Position numbers and translations under genes: made by a program | Notes under the pieces: model-generated | The model's input: the letters and a program-made list of their open reading frames with translations, nothing else | What the model was told of the DNA's origin: nothing | The model's database searches: none | Shown here: positions 13,211 to 24,809 of the stretch, in pieces | Numbering within the stretch: the stretch's first letter is position 1 | How the letters are laid out: each line of letters opens with the position of its first letter | NCBI RefSeq assembly: GCF_035084215.1 | Contig: NC_090360.1 | Location: forward strand, 15,190,001 to 15,254,000 | Reading direction: 5' to 3' | Length of the DNA stretch: 64,000 nt | DNA from: Heptranchias perlo | Lineage: Eukaryota

Positions 13211-13949
13211 TATATAGCGGGCAAATCACGTTGACACCAACGTGCCTGCTATAAGCAGTGGGGACTGTATTTGTGGCATCTTATTTATGTCAAGTTTTGG
13301 TTCCCTGCATTCTTGCTCGTGAGGTATTCTTGAAAGAGGAAAGAAATGGGATTAGAGTAAATAGTTCCAGCTGAAGAAGAATTCCACCGATGTTACAGTG
13401 GATGATCGGGAGAAGCCCTCGGGGAAATTTTACCCCTAATGGACTACATGAGCTTTAAAACCTTATGTACCACTAATTGAAGGACGAAGAGTCTGATCAC
13501 AAAACAGCGAGGAACAACTGGTACAAAAACTAGCACTTAGATCTTAAAACAATTAGTTAATGGGCAACTCCTCTTCCCCAGGCTGCTAGACTCCCATCCA
13601 GATGTTTGTGGTTACAAGCCACAGAGCAGCCCACGACTCGAACACATTAACTAATGCAAGGAGCAAGTCTAAGTGCCCCTCCTCATGATGCTGGCACACT
13701 AGAGGGCAAATTTACTGAGTCCCACACTCCCCGATTGGAGCTGCACTTTGAAGGGATTGTGGGTTTGCAGAATCAGCTCTGCAGTGTTGTGGTCCAAGTG
13801 GTGGGGAAAGGCCAGTCATGTTGGTTCTTTGAACCATGCTCCCTTTGATCAGGACTCCTGCTGGTAGAACAGGATGAGTGGATTTACCCTAGTATCTGTG
13901 TGGGGCAGGTGGAGGGTAAAACTGCCGGTCGACCCACTCCACTGTAAAC

Positions 13950-14600
13950 TGTTTAAGATGATCAAAGGGAGTTGATAGGGTAGATAGAGAGAAACTATTT
14001 CCTGTGGTGAGGGAATCCAGAACAAGGGGGCATAACCTTAAAATTAGAGCTAGGGTGATGTCAGGAAGCACTTCTTCACACAAAGGATAGCGGAAATTTT
14101 TGTTAGGCAAGTGCATTAAGGGTTACAGAATCAAGGCAGGTAGATGGAGTTAAGATACAAATTAGCCATGATCTGTTTGAATGGCGGAACAGGCTCGAGG
14201 GGCCAAATGGCCTACTTCTCTTCCAATGTAACCGATCTCCTGCAGAGTGACACTGAGGGCAGCCACAAGGGGCCCCCTGTGGGGACAGAATACAGACTAG
14301 GTACAGCTATTGGATCTTAGGGGTCCACTCACAAGAAAAATTGAAAACGAAGAGGGCTCAAAAAGATCTGAGACTGTACGCCGTGAGTTGCTGTGATCTG
14401 GAATGCACTGCCCGAGAGGGTGGTGGAAGCAGATTCAATAGTAACTTTCAAAAGGGAATTGGATAAATAATTGAAGGGAAAACATCTGCAGGGCTAAGGA
14501 GAAAGAGCGGGGGAGTGGGACCAATTGGATAGCTCTTTCAAAGAGGCGGCGCAGGCACGATGGGCCGAATAGCCTCTTTCTGTTCCATATGATTCTATAT
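13950..14600 (+). mobile_element. Two CR1 3' fragments (~13950-14230, ~14380-14600)
   Basis: DREKLF..RTRGH and WNALPERVVEA motifs with CR1-type 3' tails. Confidence 0.8.
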
Positions 14601-14624
14601 ACCATTCAGCATCAAACTCTCTTT

Positions 14625-14762
14625 CCAAAGTTCTGATGAGGGGTCTAATGCTGAAATCATAACTCCTCTGTTCTCCTCACAGATGCTGACTGACCTGCTG
14701 AGCGTATCCTGCACTTTCTGATTTGTTTTCGTTTACGATTTCCAGCACCTGCAGTTTTTTTG
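14625..14762 (+). mobile_element. Degenerate repeat of a second Penelope-derived family with decayed hammerhead-like motif
   Basis: AGTT-CTGATGA-gggg..ct-GAAA-tcat-AACT followed by CAGATGCTGACTGACCTGCTGAG..TTTCCAGCACCTGCAG, resembling a recalled shark repeat. Confidence 0.5.
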
Positions 14763-14978
14763 CGTTTCTCTTTTCCTTGCCTTTCTCTTTTTCTGTCTCC
14801 CTTTTTCACTTCGCGTCCTGGCTGGGGCTTTTGGATTTTGCAAGCCTTTCTTCTTGCTTTATCTCCCAGATGGTACAACACAGCCAGATACATTGAAGGA
14901 GCTTTGCTCTGCATCTAACTGTGCCATACCTGGCCTGGGAACTTGATGGTGGGAGTTGTAATGTTGTGATTGTTTAGA

Positions 14979-15107
14979 TGTGGAGATGCTGGTGATGGAC
15001 TGGGGTGGACAAATGTAAGGAATCTTACAACACCAGGTTATAGTCCAACAATTTTATTTTAAAATCACAAGCTTTCGGAGATTATCCCCTTCGTCAGGTG
15101 AATGAGT
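14979..15107 (-). mobile_element. Penelope-like fragment with hammerhead motif (15063-15103)
   Basis: Homologous to 47006-47132; minus strand reads AUUCAC-CUGACGA-a-GGGG(auaau)CUCC-GAAA-GC-UU-GUGAU. Confidence 0.75.
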
Positions 15108-17194
15108 CCACTTCACATGTCTATGTTGATTGTGTATGGAACCAGGGTCTGGGAACAAACCAGATCTTTTGTATCAAAGGAATAGTGACAATTAACACAG
15201 GAAAATGAACCACGTTAAATAAATGAAACCACCAATTGCTGCATTGTCCTATACAATATTTATCAAAAATAAATGTAGGGGGGAAATATAATGGGGCCTA
15301 AAGGCAACATTACTGTGCGCATTTTTCAGGTGTAAAACGGGCGTAACGATAACCAATTCAGCAGGGCAAAGGCCAGCGCCTTATCTGCGTGAGCATTCGA
15401 GTCACTGATAAATTGGTCGGGCCTTTTTGTTAGGTGGTCCTGAAGGCCGCCTGAAATGAACTCAGGCCTCATTTCAAGATTGAAATAATGTCTAAAACAA
15501 TTCAAATCTTCCACTAGTACTTTTTATGGGGACTGGCCTGTGTTAAATTCACTGTATAGACCTGGGCCTGGTGTTTCCTCCACATTGGTACCCAGAGACA
15601 CGTGCAATTGAGGCAAAAATCAAATGCGCGGCCTAAAATTTGGTGGAATTTTGGATGTGACTTACGCCCGGATGTGACTACCCCCAAATTGCCTCAGCCT
15701 TTTACGATTGTCTATCGATCCCGCCAGCCGAACACAGCTCCGCCCATAAAACTGTCCCCACCCCCAAATTACACAGCCTTATATGCGAGTTTCCTGCAAA
15801 GGCGCTTGTTCGGAGGCTCTCTTCAAATTACCACCAGATCTTCAGGCGCAGCAGGAAATAAAGTCATTTCTCTGGTGTTTTATTGTGATTTTTTTAAGCA
15901 TTTAAAAGAAGAAATTATCCTCACTGAGACCTGTTCTGTATTTTCTGTTTCTTTCAATGGATTTTTATGATATCAGTATACGTCACATTCAAATTTGAAA
16001 AGCTTCCCCGAGTGCAGGTTCGTAAACATGTACATGAATGATGGTTAAATGAGTTGAAACTTTAATTTTCATACTTAAAGAAGAAATATAAGGTGTGGAT
16101 TCAGCACTTCTCTTGGGCTCCGATTGTTTACACCGATTTTACGTTCGGGCGTATTCTAATGACAACTGCAGGAAATTTGAGCGTAACTTGACATCAGCAG
16201 AATGGGCACGGGAATGGGCCCATTTTTGGGTCTAACTTTCAGGTTGGTCCCCTCCCCTCACCCCCCCCCCCCCAATTTGTAATAATACTGTAACACATTT
16301 TGTGTAGGTTGATGAACACTGTTGACTTTCATTTTAAAATTCCTTTTCGATGGGATAATGCGCCAAAGAAACTGCAAACTCTGCAGTTTGTCAACATGGG
16401 CTGCTTTTAGAAGAAAAACGAAAGCCAGCTTTCTCATAAACTTCAAAGAATCCAAAATGATTTTTGTGAACACATGTTATTAATTATGACTTACAGCCTT
16501 CGAAACCTTGACGTTTTCGAACCTCCAGTAATATTCTTTTTGAAAACAGCATTTCTCCGCAAAGCTTTTCGAGAAAAAAAAAAATTGTTGAGTTGTGGTG
16601 AGAAGAAACATGTACTGACCAGGTCTCAAAATGGAACCAGCTGAAGCAGTTTAATGGAAACAAGTTTTGCTCCATTCAAGCTCAGATCCTGCAAGCTGCT
16701 AGAGTTTTTTTTTTCAATAGCTTAATGGAAACTCAAAGAAGCTCAGCCAAGTTTTTAACTTTACTATTGAGCTGAACAGTTTAGTGGTCTGGATTTGACA
16801 GGACCATTGCAGGCATTAATAGGCATTTTTCATAGATACATGATTTTTTTCATCGCTGTTGAGCTGATATCTTTTAAATCTTTTAGGTCTGTTTAATGGG
16901 GAAGTGTGAATTATGTAGACTAACGATTGGGCTGGGGGTAGTTAATGCAAAGAAAAACAGATTAGCCGGGAGCGAGTTCTTGCCCTCTGACACATGCGAG
17001 TGCTTTAAATGATGCCATACGTTCACACACAAGCCTTGTGTTACAGCCGACATGCTCCCAATCTTCTATTTTTAACAGTATGCACACTTCGCACTTTTCC
17101 CCTGAATGCTGGAGCTTACCGTCTGAATTTTACTGATCTTCCAACATACCCTCATTTTAATAGAGAACCCCCTCATTTCTGGACAATCAGATGC

Positions 17195-17570
17195 ATATAA
17201 CCTAAGCTCACACTCCAGTGGAGTTCTGAGGGAGCGCTGCATGGTCAGAGGTGCCGTCTTTCGGATGAGAATTAAACTGAGGCCCTGTGTGCCCTCTCAG
17301 GTGGATCCCATGACGCTATCTGAAAAAGAGCAGAGGAGTTCTCCCCGGTGTCCTGGCCAATATTTATCCCTCAACCAACATCAATAAAATAGATTATCCG
17401 ATCATGATCACATTGCTGTTTGTGGGAGCTTGCTGTGCGCAAATTGGCTGCCGCGTTTCCTACATTACAACAGTGTCTACACTTCAAAAGTACTTCATTG
17501 GTTGTAAAGTGCTTTGGGACGTCCAATGGTCTTGAAAGGCCCTTTAGAAATGCAATTTCCTTCTTTCTTT
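17195..17570 (+). mobile_element. SacSINE1-like SINE (5' truncated)
   Basis: Body and tail match other copies. Confidence 0.85.
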
Positions 17571-18552
17571 TAATTTATGTAAACTTAGCTCGTTACTTAG
17601 TTTGCTGGTTTATTTTATTTTGATTGGAACAAATTAACAGTTTGTAACAGCCCAAAATTTCCCAGGACCTAAAACCACCCTACAAATCCAGCCAGTGCAG
17701 CTACAACTCACACCTTTGGTCCAGGGCTGAGTCTTCCATCTTGTTAATCTTACCTCAGGTTTGAAGACATTTCAGTGCTTTTTCAATACCACTGTCAATC
17801 TCCTCTTCCTGACAACTGCATCATTACCATTGTTCTTGCCAAGTTTTGCCATGCGGGTTTGTACCACATGGCTAGAAATAGATTTAACATTTTTAACCGG
17901 GTTTTGATGTTAAAACTGGGTTTTACTGGAAATTAAAATTGATGGTTTCCTGGAATAAAAAATGCAATCCCACTCATAGATGCATTTAAAGGGAAGCTGT
18001 ATAAGTACTCGAGGGAGAAAGGAATAGAAGGATATGTTGATAGGGTGAGATGAAGCAGGGTGGGAGGGGACTCGAGTGGATGGCCTGTTTCTGTGCTGTA
18101 AATTTTGTGTGATTTGATTACAATAGACATGCAAGTACGGCACAAACTGGACTTTAAATTACACCACAAACCACACAAGCAAAATTTGAGCTATTTGTGA
18201 ACTCCAGATTGCATCACGCCTCACCACTCCCTCCAACTCAACTCTTACATTACATAATATGGAACAGTTTGGTTATGCCCAGATTTAACACGATGGAAAA
18301 GTCCACCAGTGGACAAATTACCCAATAGCAAGTTACTGAGGGCCCCTGGTCATTAAGTAGATTGACAGGATAGACAGCTTACCATGGTGGCCATGATGGT
18401 GAGAGTTCTCGTGTACAAACATTGTGCCTTTAACAAAAAGGGACTGCGATACGAGAATGTGTTTGACAGCGGAAACCACACAGCCACTGGATGTGATCTA
18501 TATTCATTATAAACACTTCAAAAGCTGGGTTTAGATCATTTTCTTTCTAATA

Positions 18553-19078
18553 ATAGGAACATAGGAACATAGGAACAGGAGTAGGCCATTCAGCCCCTCG
18601 TGCTTGCTCCGTCATTTGATAAGATCATGGCTGATCTATGATCTAACTCCATATACCCACCTTTGGCCCATATCCCTTAATACCTTTGGTTGCCAAAAAG
18701 CTATCAATCTCAGATTTAAATTTAGCAATTGAGCTAGTATCAATTGCCGTTTGCGGAAGAGAGTTCCAAACTTCTACCACCCTTTGTGTGTAGAAATGTT
18801 TTCTAATCTCGCTCCTGAAAGATCTGGCTCTAATTTTTAGACTGTGCCCCCTACTCCTAGAATCCCCAACCAGCGGAAATAGTTACTCTCTATCCACCCT
18901 ATCTGTTCCCCTTAATATCTTATAAACTTCGATCAGATCACCCCTTAACCTTCGAAACTCCAGAGAATGCAACCTCAAGTTGTGTAATCTCGCCTCGTAA
19001 CTTAACGCTTGAAGTCCGGGTATCATTCTAGTAAACCTACGCTGCACTCCCTCCAAGGCCAATATGTCCTTCCGAAGG
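18553..19078 (-). mobile_element. CR1 LINE 3' fragment
   Basis: (ATAGGAAC)n tail on the plus strand; reverse-complement similarity to 2955-3527. Confidence 0.88.
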
Positions 19079-19789
19079 CTCTCTGATCTTAAGCTCAGTG
19101 CCAGTTAGGCCAGAGGGCTGATCGAGGAATGTTAATTTAGCACTAACGTGGGATAGTACGGTATGGTTTATTATATTTTTCTCTCATTCATAAGGACGGA
19201 TTTGAAGTTAAGTGAGTTTTGGTTGTAATTGTTACTCTGTATGCTCACTTTCTGACTGTAGAATACAGCAGCTTAATGTTCTCTCATCTCACCAAAGATT
19301 TCACATGAGGGCACATGTGAAAGACATAACAGTCAGTTCAGATCGCAAAGGGGTGCTATTGTTATGCTTACCCTTGGGTTATGCTATCATATAATTAGAT
19401 ATTGGACAGTGTAGGCACACTCCTGAACATATGATGCAGAGACTGCTTATGGGAGTGACCAACACCGCTGGACCCAAGAGAACATCTAAGGCAGACACAA
19501 ACTTCATAAAACACACACTATTCTCGGACTACAAGGACAGGCAGGAAACCTGTTTTAAGGAGAGCTCTGCCAATGCCACTTTTGATCTTGACCCAGGAGG
19601 TGTACAAAAGACTCCAATTATCACAACTCCCCAGTACTGCTCACCTCAAATCAGCAACTGATGGTGTGGAGGATTGTGGGATCACCGATATCCTGAACCG
19701 TTATTGTTCATCCGTTAGTACAACAATAAACTGCACGAAAATGCTTTTTCATTTACAGAGTGAGAGTTACAAAGGGTCTTTTTGAAAAT

Positions 19790-20570
19790 GAAGATAGAAT
19801 TGGACAGATTCTTTCTAAAACAGAGTGAGAATAAGACAAATCCTTTATAAAATTGAGTGAGGGTTTGGTAGGGCCTTTATAAGACAGAATGAGAGTTGGA
19901 CAGACCCTTTATAAAACAGGAGTGAGAGTTGGATAGGCTCTTTATAAAACAGGAGTGAGAGTTGGATAGGCTCTTTATAAAACAGGAGTGAGAGTTGGAT
20001 AGGCTCTTTATAAAACAGGAGTGAGAGTTGGATAGGCTCTTTATAAAACAGGAGTGAGAGTTGGATAGGCTCTTTATAAAACAGGAGTGAGAGTTGGACA
20101 GGCTCTTTATAAGACAGAATGAGAGTTGGACAGACCCTTTATAAAACAGGAGTGAGAGTTGGATAGGCTCTTTATAAAACAGGAGTGAGAGTTGGATAGG
20201 CTCTTTATAAAACAGGAGTGAGAGTTGGATAGGCTCTTTATAAAACAGGAGTGAGAGTTGGATAGGCTCTTTATAAAACAGGAGTGAGATTTGGATAGGC
20301 TCTTTATAAAACAGGAGTGAGATTTGGATAGGCCCTTTATAAATAGAGGGAGCATTTGATAGGCACTATACAAAACAGAATGAGAGTTTCACACACCCTT
20401 TATAAACCAATGAGAGTTGGACAGGCCCTTTATAAAGCAGAATGAATCAGCAAAACCCTTTGTTACACAAACTAAATCAGATAGAGCAGAATAAGAGTTG
20501 CACAGGCCCCTTATAAAATCTAATGAACCAGATAGACCATTTATAAAACAGTGAGTGGGACAGGCCTTTC
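19790..20570. repeat. 33-bp minisatellite TTATAAAACAGGAGTGAGAGTTGGATAGGCTCT
   Basis: Homogeneous core 19910-20340 with degenerate flanks. Confidence 0.95.
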
Positions 20571-20789
20571 CACTGAAAACATCTGCTAATAATTTTCATT
20601 CTATTCTTAAACGATTAGGAATGATACACTTGGCCATGTTTTGTAATGTTAAATTACTAAGGGTTAATGTACAACCTTAATTGAAAACACATTAGAGTAA
20701 TGCCATACCATCTGAAACCACAAACCCCAACATCAGCAAAAAAGAACAAAGCTAACTTTTGTCCGCATTCTCTTCCTGTTTATCCAAAC

Positions 20790-20795
20790 TTTATT
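20790..20795 (-). promoter_or_regulatory. Candidate poly(A) signal (AATAAA) for WDFY4, implying a ~1.5 kb 3' UTR
   Basis: First minus-strand AATAAA noticed downstream of the stop; an ATTAAA near 21622-21627 is an alternative. Confidence 0.45.
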
Positions 20796-22280
20796 TGATC
20801 ATCTGCATGTACATGATTGTAGAAAACAAAATTCTATTGAGGTACAATCGCTGGATGTGATCCCCGGTCAAAATAAAAGCAGTCCATAGCTGCCTAGCAG
20901 AACCAAATCAAATATCAGCTATATATATATTTTAAAAATGGGCTCTTTTCTACCCATTTACAATGTGTATGAAGGATAGGTTAAATCCATGGTGACAATA
21001 TGATGGTACATTCAATAGTATCAAATTCTCACTGCCCTTTTATGCTAATTGAAGTGACAAAAAAATACAAGTCTGACAATTTACACAATGAAGATTATTG
21101 TCAAATTGCAATCCGAATTTTAAACCCTACATATATTGTTATTTCCAAACTGTGAGCAAAAGCTTTACTGTAAATATTTGCACTTCATGTCCCCACATCC
21201 GAAACTACCATTTGAACATCTGTTGCTGTTGTAAATCAGGAACTTTGTTGTATAATTTGTGGCCGTTTCCTTGGCTAAGCGCCTTTTGGAATGAGCCCCT
21301 GAAGGACACGTCCAACCCTAGTGATTTTCAGATCCCAGCAGGCTGCCTCTCGTGAACCTAGCTTGCTGCAGGACATATTCCAAAACAGCTCAAAGAAAAA
21401 ATTAGAATTGGTTCCGACACCTCATGTACTGTGGAACTTCACCGTCCTAAAGACGTAGGAGAACTTTCTCCCTCTCCAAAAATGCTCAAAGAATCCCTAT
21501 AAATGCATCTGTTCGTCAACACAACAAAGTGTGAAGCTTGAGTCAAAACAAGCAACTCTTGCTCTAACAGAGCTGAGTAAATAAACTGATCAAATGACTG
21601 GATTAGAACTTTTAACTTGTTTTTAATCTTTGTCCTTGATCGCTGTATACTTATCATGCAAGACATTGAGTATCGATGTATCAACCTCTTGAAGTAGGTA
21701 ATGTGAGTCTCAATGAAGCTGGTTTCTCTTAAGCTTCAAGATCCAATTGTTTTGCATGTACTGCCATTCAGAAGGAGTTCCACTTACATGCATCGTATTA
21801 TTCTGAGAGCAGGTACCGCCAACTGCTTGTTCACTGGGCAGGACTATTGTTGGTGAGTTTAGGTAATGAGGCCATCAGTGTCACACCATCCACAGTCAAG
21901 TCAGAAATTCTCAACACCTACTCCCCCGTAAACCCTGTAAAAATACATTTCCCAGAACGGCCAGCTCCAGTATGTGTGAATTAATGTGAATAGAAAATGT
22001 TCCATTGCATAAAGTCATAATTTCCAATAAAATTCCAATAATGCTTAAAAATTAGAATTTCATTCAACTTTTTCCATTGTACAATTGCCAAGATTTTGCA
22101 TCTGGACCAGTTCAAATGAACGCACGTTACTACAGAAATGGTGGAGAAATGAATGTAAATGTAATAGTGCAGCAGGAAACTTTCTGAGCAGGTATTTCTT
22201 CAGCCAATATATCCTTCACTGGAGGCCGTTTTGTCTTTATGGAATCCATCATCATCGATCTCCCACTCGCAGTTATTATT

Positions 22281-22347
22281 TCAACCTTCAACAGACCAAC
22301 TGTAGACTCTGCCCCATGAATCACCAACAAACAGTTTAGCATGATTC
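22281..22347 (-). CDS. WDFY4: WDFY4-like terminal coding exon: (R)NHAKLFVGDSWGRVYSWSVEG*
   Basis: tttttcctcacAG acceptor, phase 2, TGA at 22283-22281. Ends like recalled WDFY4 (NH.KL.VGD..GR...WS..G*) without the WDFY3 FYVE domain. Confidence 0.9.
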
Positions 22348-23003
22348 CTGTGAGGAAAAAGCCAGAGACTTTTAACAATTTCTTAACTCATCAAGGTGAA
22401 GGATGGCAGTATAGCACAAAGTATCTCTTTTATTTTCACTTCAAGCACCAACGTGTAGGCCGGGATTTGTGTGCCCTTTATTCCAACAGTAACCCCAGAG
22501 AAACACCCTTTACTGCATCTTGGATCTCAGTTATTTTTTCATTTAGACCTTCCATTCTATACTGCCTCCACTGCGGAGCTGTTCAAAATAAGAAGCTTAT
22601 TCAGGGCAGGACCATTCATTGAGAAACTGTATTGAGACAAGCAGGACTAATTCACTGAAAAAAAAATGTGACCAAGCCCTGCCAAAAACGCTGCATTTTT
22701 GAATTGCTGTAAATAACTGGCTGTACCTTCAATTCTAAACTTCAATATGCTTTGATAAGTCAAACAAATTCAAGAAACACCAATTACAGCGTTGTGAACA
22801 ATCAAAGTTATACTTCACTTGGAAAAATTTAGACTCTTCCCAGCAGATTTCTAAATGGCGATAAACCTTCTCCACTAATTGTATACAGGACATGGGATGC
22901 AGAACTGACAGGAACAATGCGCAGTCCCTGAGTTGCTGTGTAATTGTGATCTCCCGTTCGGATGTGTGCCCTCTGCTGAGCATTAAAAGAACAAGCACGT
23001 TAC

Positions 23004-23115
23004 CTGGAGATGGCCAGCGCTGTGACTGCAGGATTCCGTTTGTTTTGTTTTCCTGAAAGCGCATCGTTTCTGCTCAGCTCTCGACAAAGGACAGCGTTTC
23101 GTTCCCATCTGTAAC
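23004..23115 (-). CDS. WDFY4: WDFY4-like penultimate exon: (G)YRWERNAVLCRELSRNDALSGKQNKRNPAVTALAIS(R)
   Basis: cacagcAG acceptor (NAGNAG), AG|gtaacg donor, 112 nt, phase 1-2; PAVTALA.SR motif. Confidence 0.9.
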
Positions 23116-24039
23116 CTGCTGTGGAGGATTATTAAAAGCCGTGGTCATTACTTCAGGGAGACGTGCCAGTCAAGTAGATGTCTTTTTAATGGCAAACAGG
23201 TAGTGCTCGCAGTAAACATCCAGGGTTAATTTCTGCCTGTCCGGTAATGTGAGGGGATGTCCCAATTTAATTAAATTTTAATCGTGATGTTCAGCGAAGC
23301 TGAGCTCTAATCAGGAATTCAGATTTGTGCATTATTAAATGCCTTCTAACTTGCAAGGTTAGGTCAGCAGTGACTCATCCTTGGTTGAATGTGCCCAACA
23401 TCTCTGTGCTATCGATCTCCATGGCTAAACAAACAAAAGTAGTCAGTGAAATAATAACAGCCAGAGCAGCTATTTTCCTGTTTTGAGCTACTGGAAGGTA
23501 TGCAATTATAATTTAAGCCATTATTACCCACAACAATGGGGAAATTACTACTTAATTCCCAGCCACATAACATTGCGTAAGGTATTTAAAGCCTATAATT
23601 GCCACTTATTTTCTGTTTGTTAAAGGAAATACAGGGTTTACAGACATGGTGACGCAATGAAATTGTCAGCACTCACAAAGCTATCGTGTTTGGCACCGAG
23701 TTTTCATCGGTGGATACAGATTTTAAATTTCATATTATTTATTTAGACCCATTTTTCAAGTTCTTCCCTCTGCAACATGCACCATTCACCAACCAACAGG
23801 ATGACTGGACAACCCACTTCACCAGGCCTCTGCCAATGTTGCTCCTGAGGAGACTCTGTCTGGTATTCCTCCCTCCTCTGTGGAGAAGTGTCCAGTACCC
23901 CACTTGATGCCCTGAGCTGAGGGGGATGCCTGAGAGCAGGTGCTATCTGGGACATCTGGGAACTCCGCAACAATGCACTGTACCATGATCTGGTCTGCTG
24001 ATAACAGATTTAAGGGAATGGGAACCGTTTAGTGCAGTG

Positions 24040-24360
24040 AGCACATGGTTCACGGTTTGATCCCTGGCTGATGTTGAGTTTGCTGATCTCAGCTGGGACA
24101 GCAGCGGACGATAGGCCTGTGGGCTACCGAAAGGGGGAATAAAATCAGTCAGGATTGCCACTCCTGGGACCCACTCTTCGTATTTCGACATTGAATGAGG
24201 ACAAGGTCGGCTTTGACTGTGATGCCCTTTGTAGTTGAACAGTCTGCTGAAAGTCCCTATCTAAAATGGTCTCGGAGGTGAAGTATTGGAGGGCTGTTGC
24301 GGCATGTGGAAGGATACCTGAACATATATTGCTACCTTCCAGAAAGGAGGGGAGAGAGAG
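24040..24360 (+). mobile_element. AmnSINE2-like SINE (diverged)
   Basis: GAGTTTGCTGATCTCAGCTGGG..AAAATCAGTCAGG..GAGGACAAGGTCGGC..GTGATGCCC; further copies at ~7110-7500(-), 9735-9950(+), 26300-26600(-), 30030-30320(-), 46680-47005(-), 53340-53480(+). Confidence 0.6.
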
Positions 24361-24809
24361 AAAATATTGGGGGTTAGATGTGTGTCAAACACTTCTCAAT
24401 GTAGTGCTCTGTAAGTACCGGTCACTTTTGATACAACGATACTGGATGAGTGCTGGACATCATGTAGAAACATGCGAGGCAAGTCCAAGCCTTCCTAAAG
24501 CTGGTTCCAACATCGTAAATGGATGCCATTTGAGTCAGGCAGAAACAGGAATACCAAAGCAGTTCCTAGAGGTTTAATGTAGTTCTGCTGGGGCGCACAG
24601 TGTGACTATTTTCCTTATGTATCAAGAGGGCAAGGTGCAGTCATCAGGAAGGAAACTCAAGCGTAAACATTGGTAAACAAACGCAAAGAATTCAGGTCAC
24701 ACTTCTCCATCTGCTACGTGAATGGAGGTATAACCCACTTAAAATAGAAAGGGTTACCATCTCCATTAAAAAGGGGTCAGAGAAATATTATACGAGTGGG
24801 TCAAGTGTT

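Noticed and set aside
19790-20570. Regular repeats as a CRISPR array (also 43630-44362, 56086-56268, 2627-2780)
   Set aside because: Head-to-tail units with no unique spacers, no cas genes, and vertebrate context.
6200-20700. Expected 3' exons of VSTM4 (recalled mammalian neighbour)
   Set aside because: No TYAELEL or VYAQILF-like peptide found by eye; a tBLASTn search is needed to exclude it.
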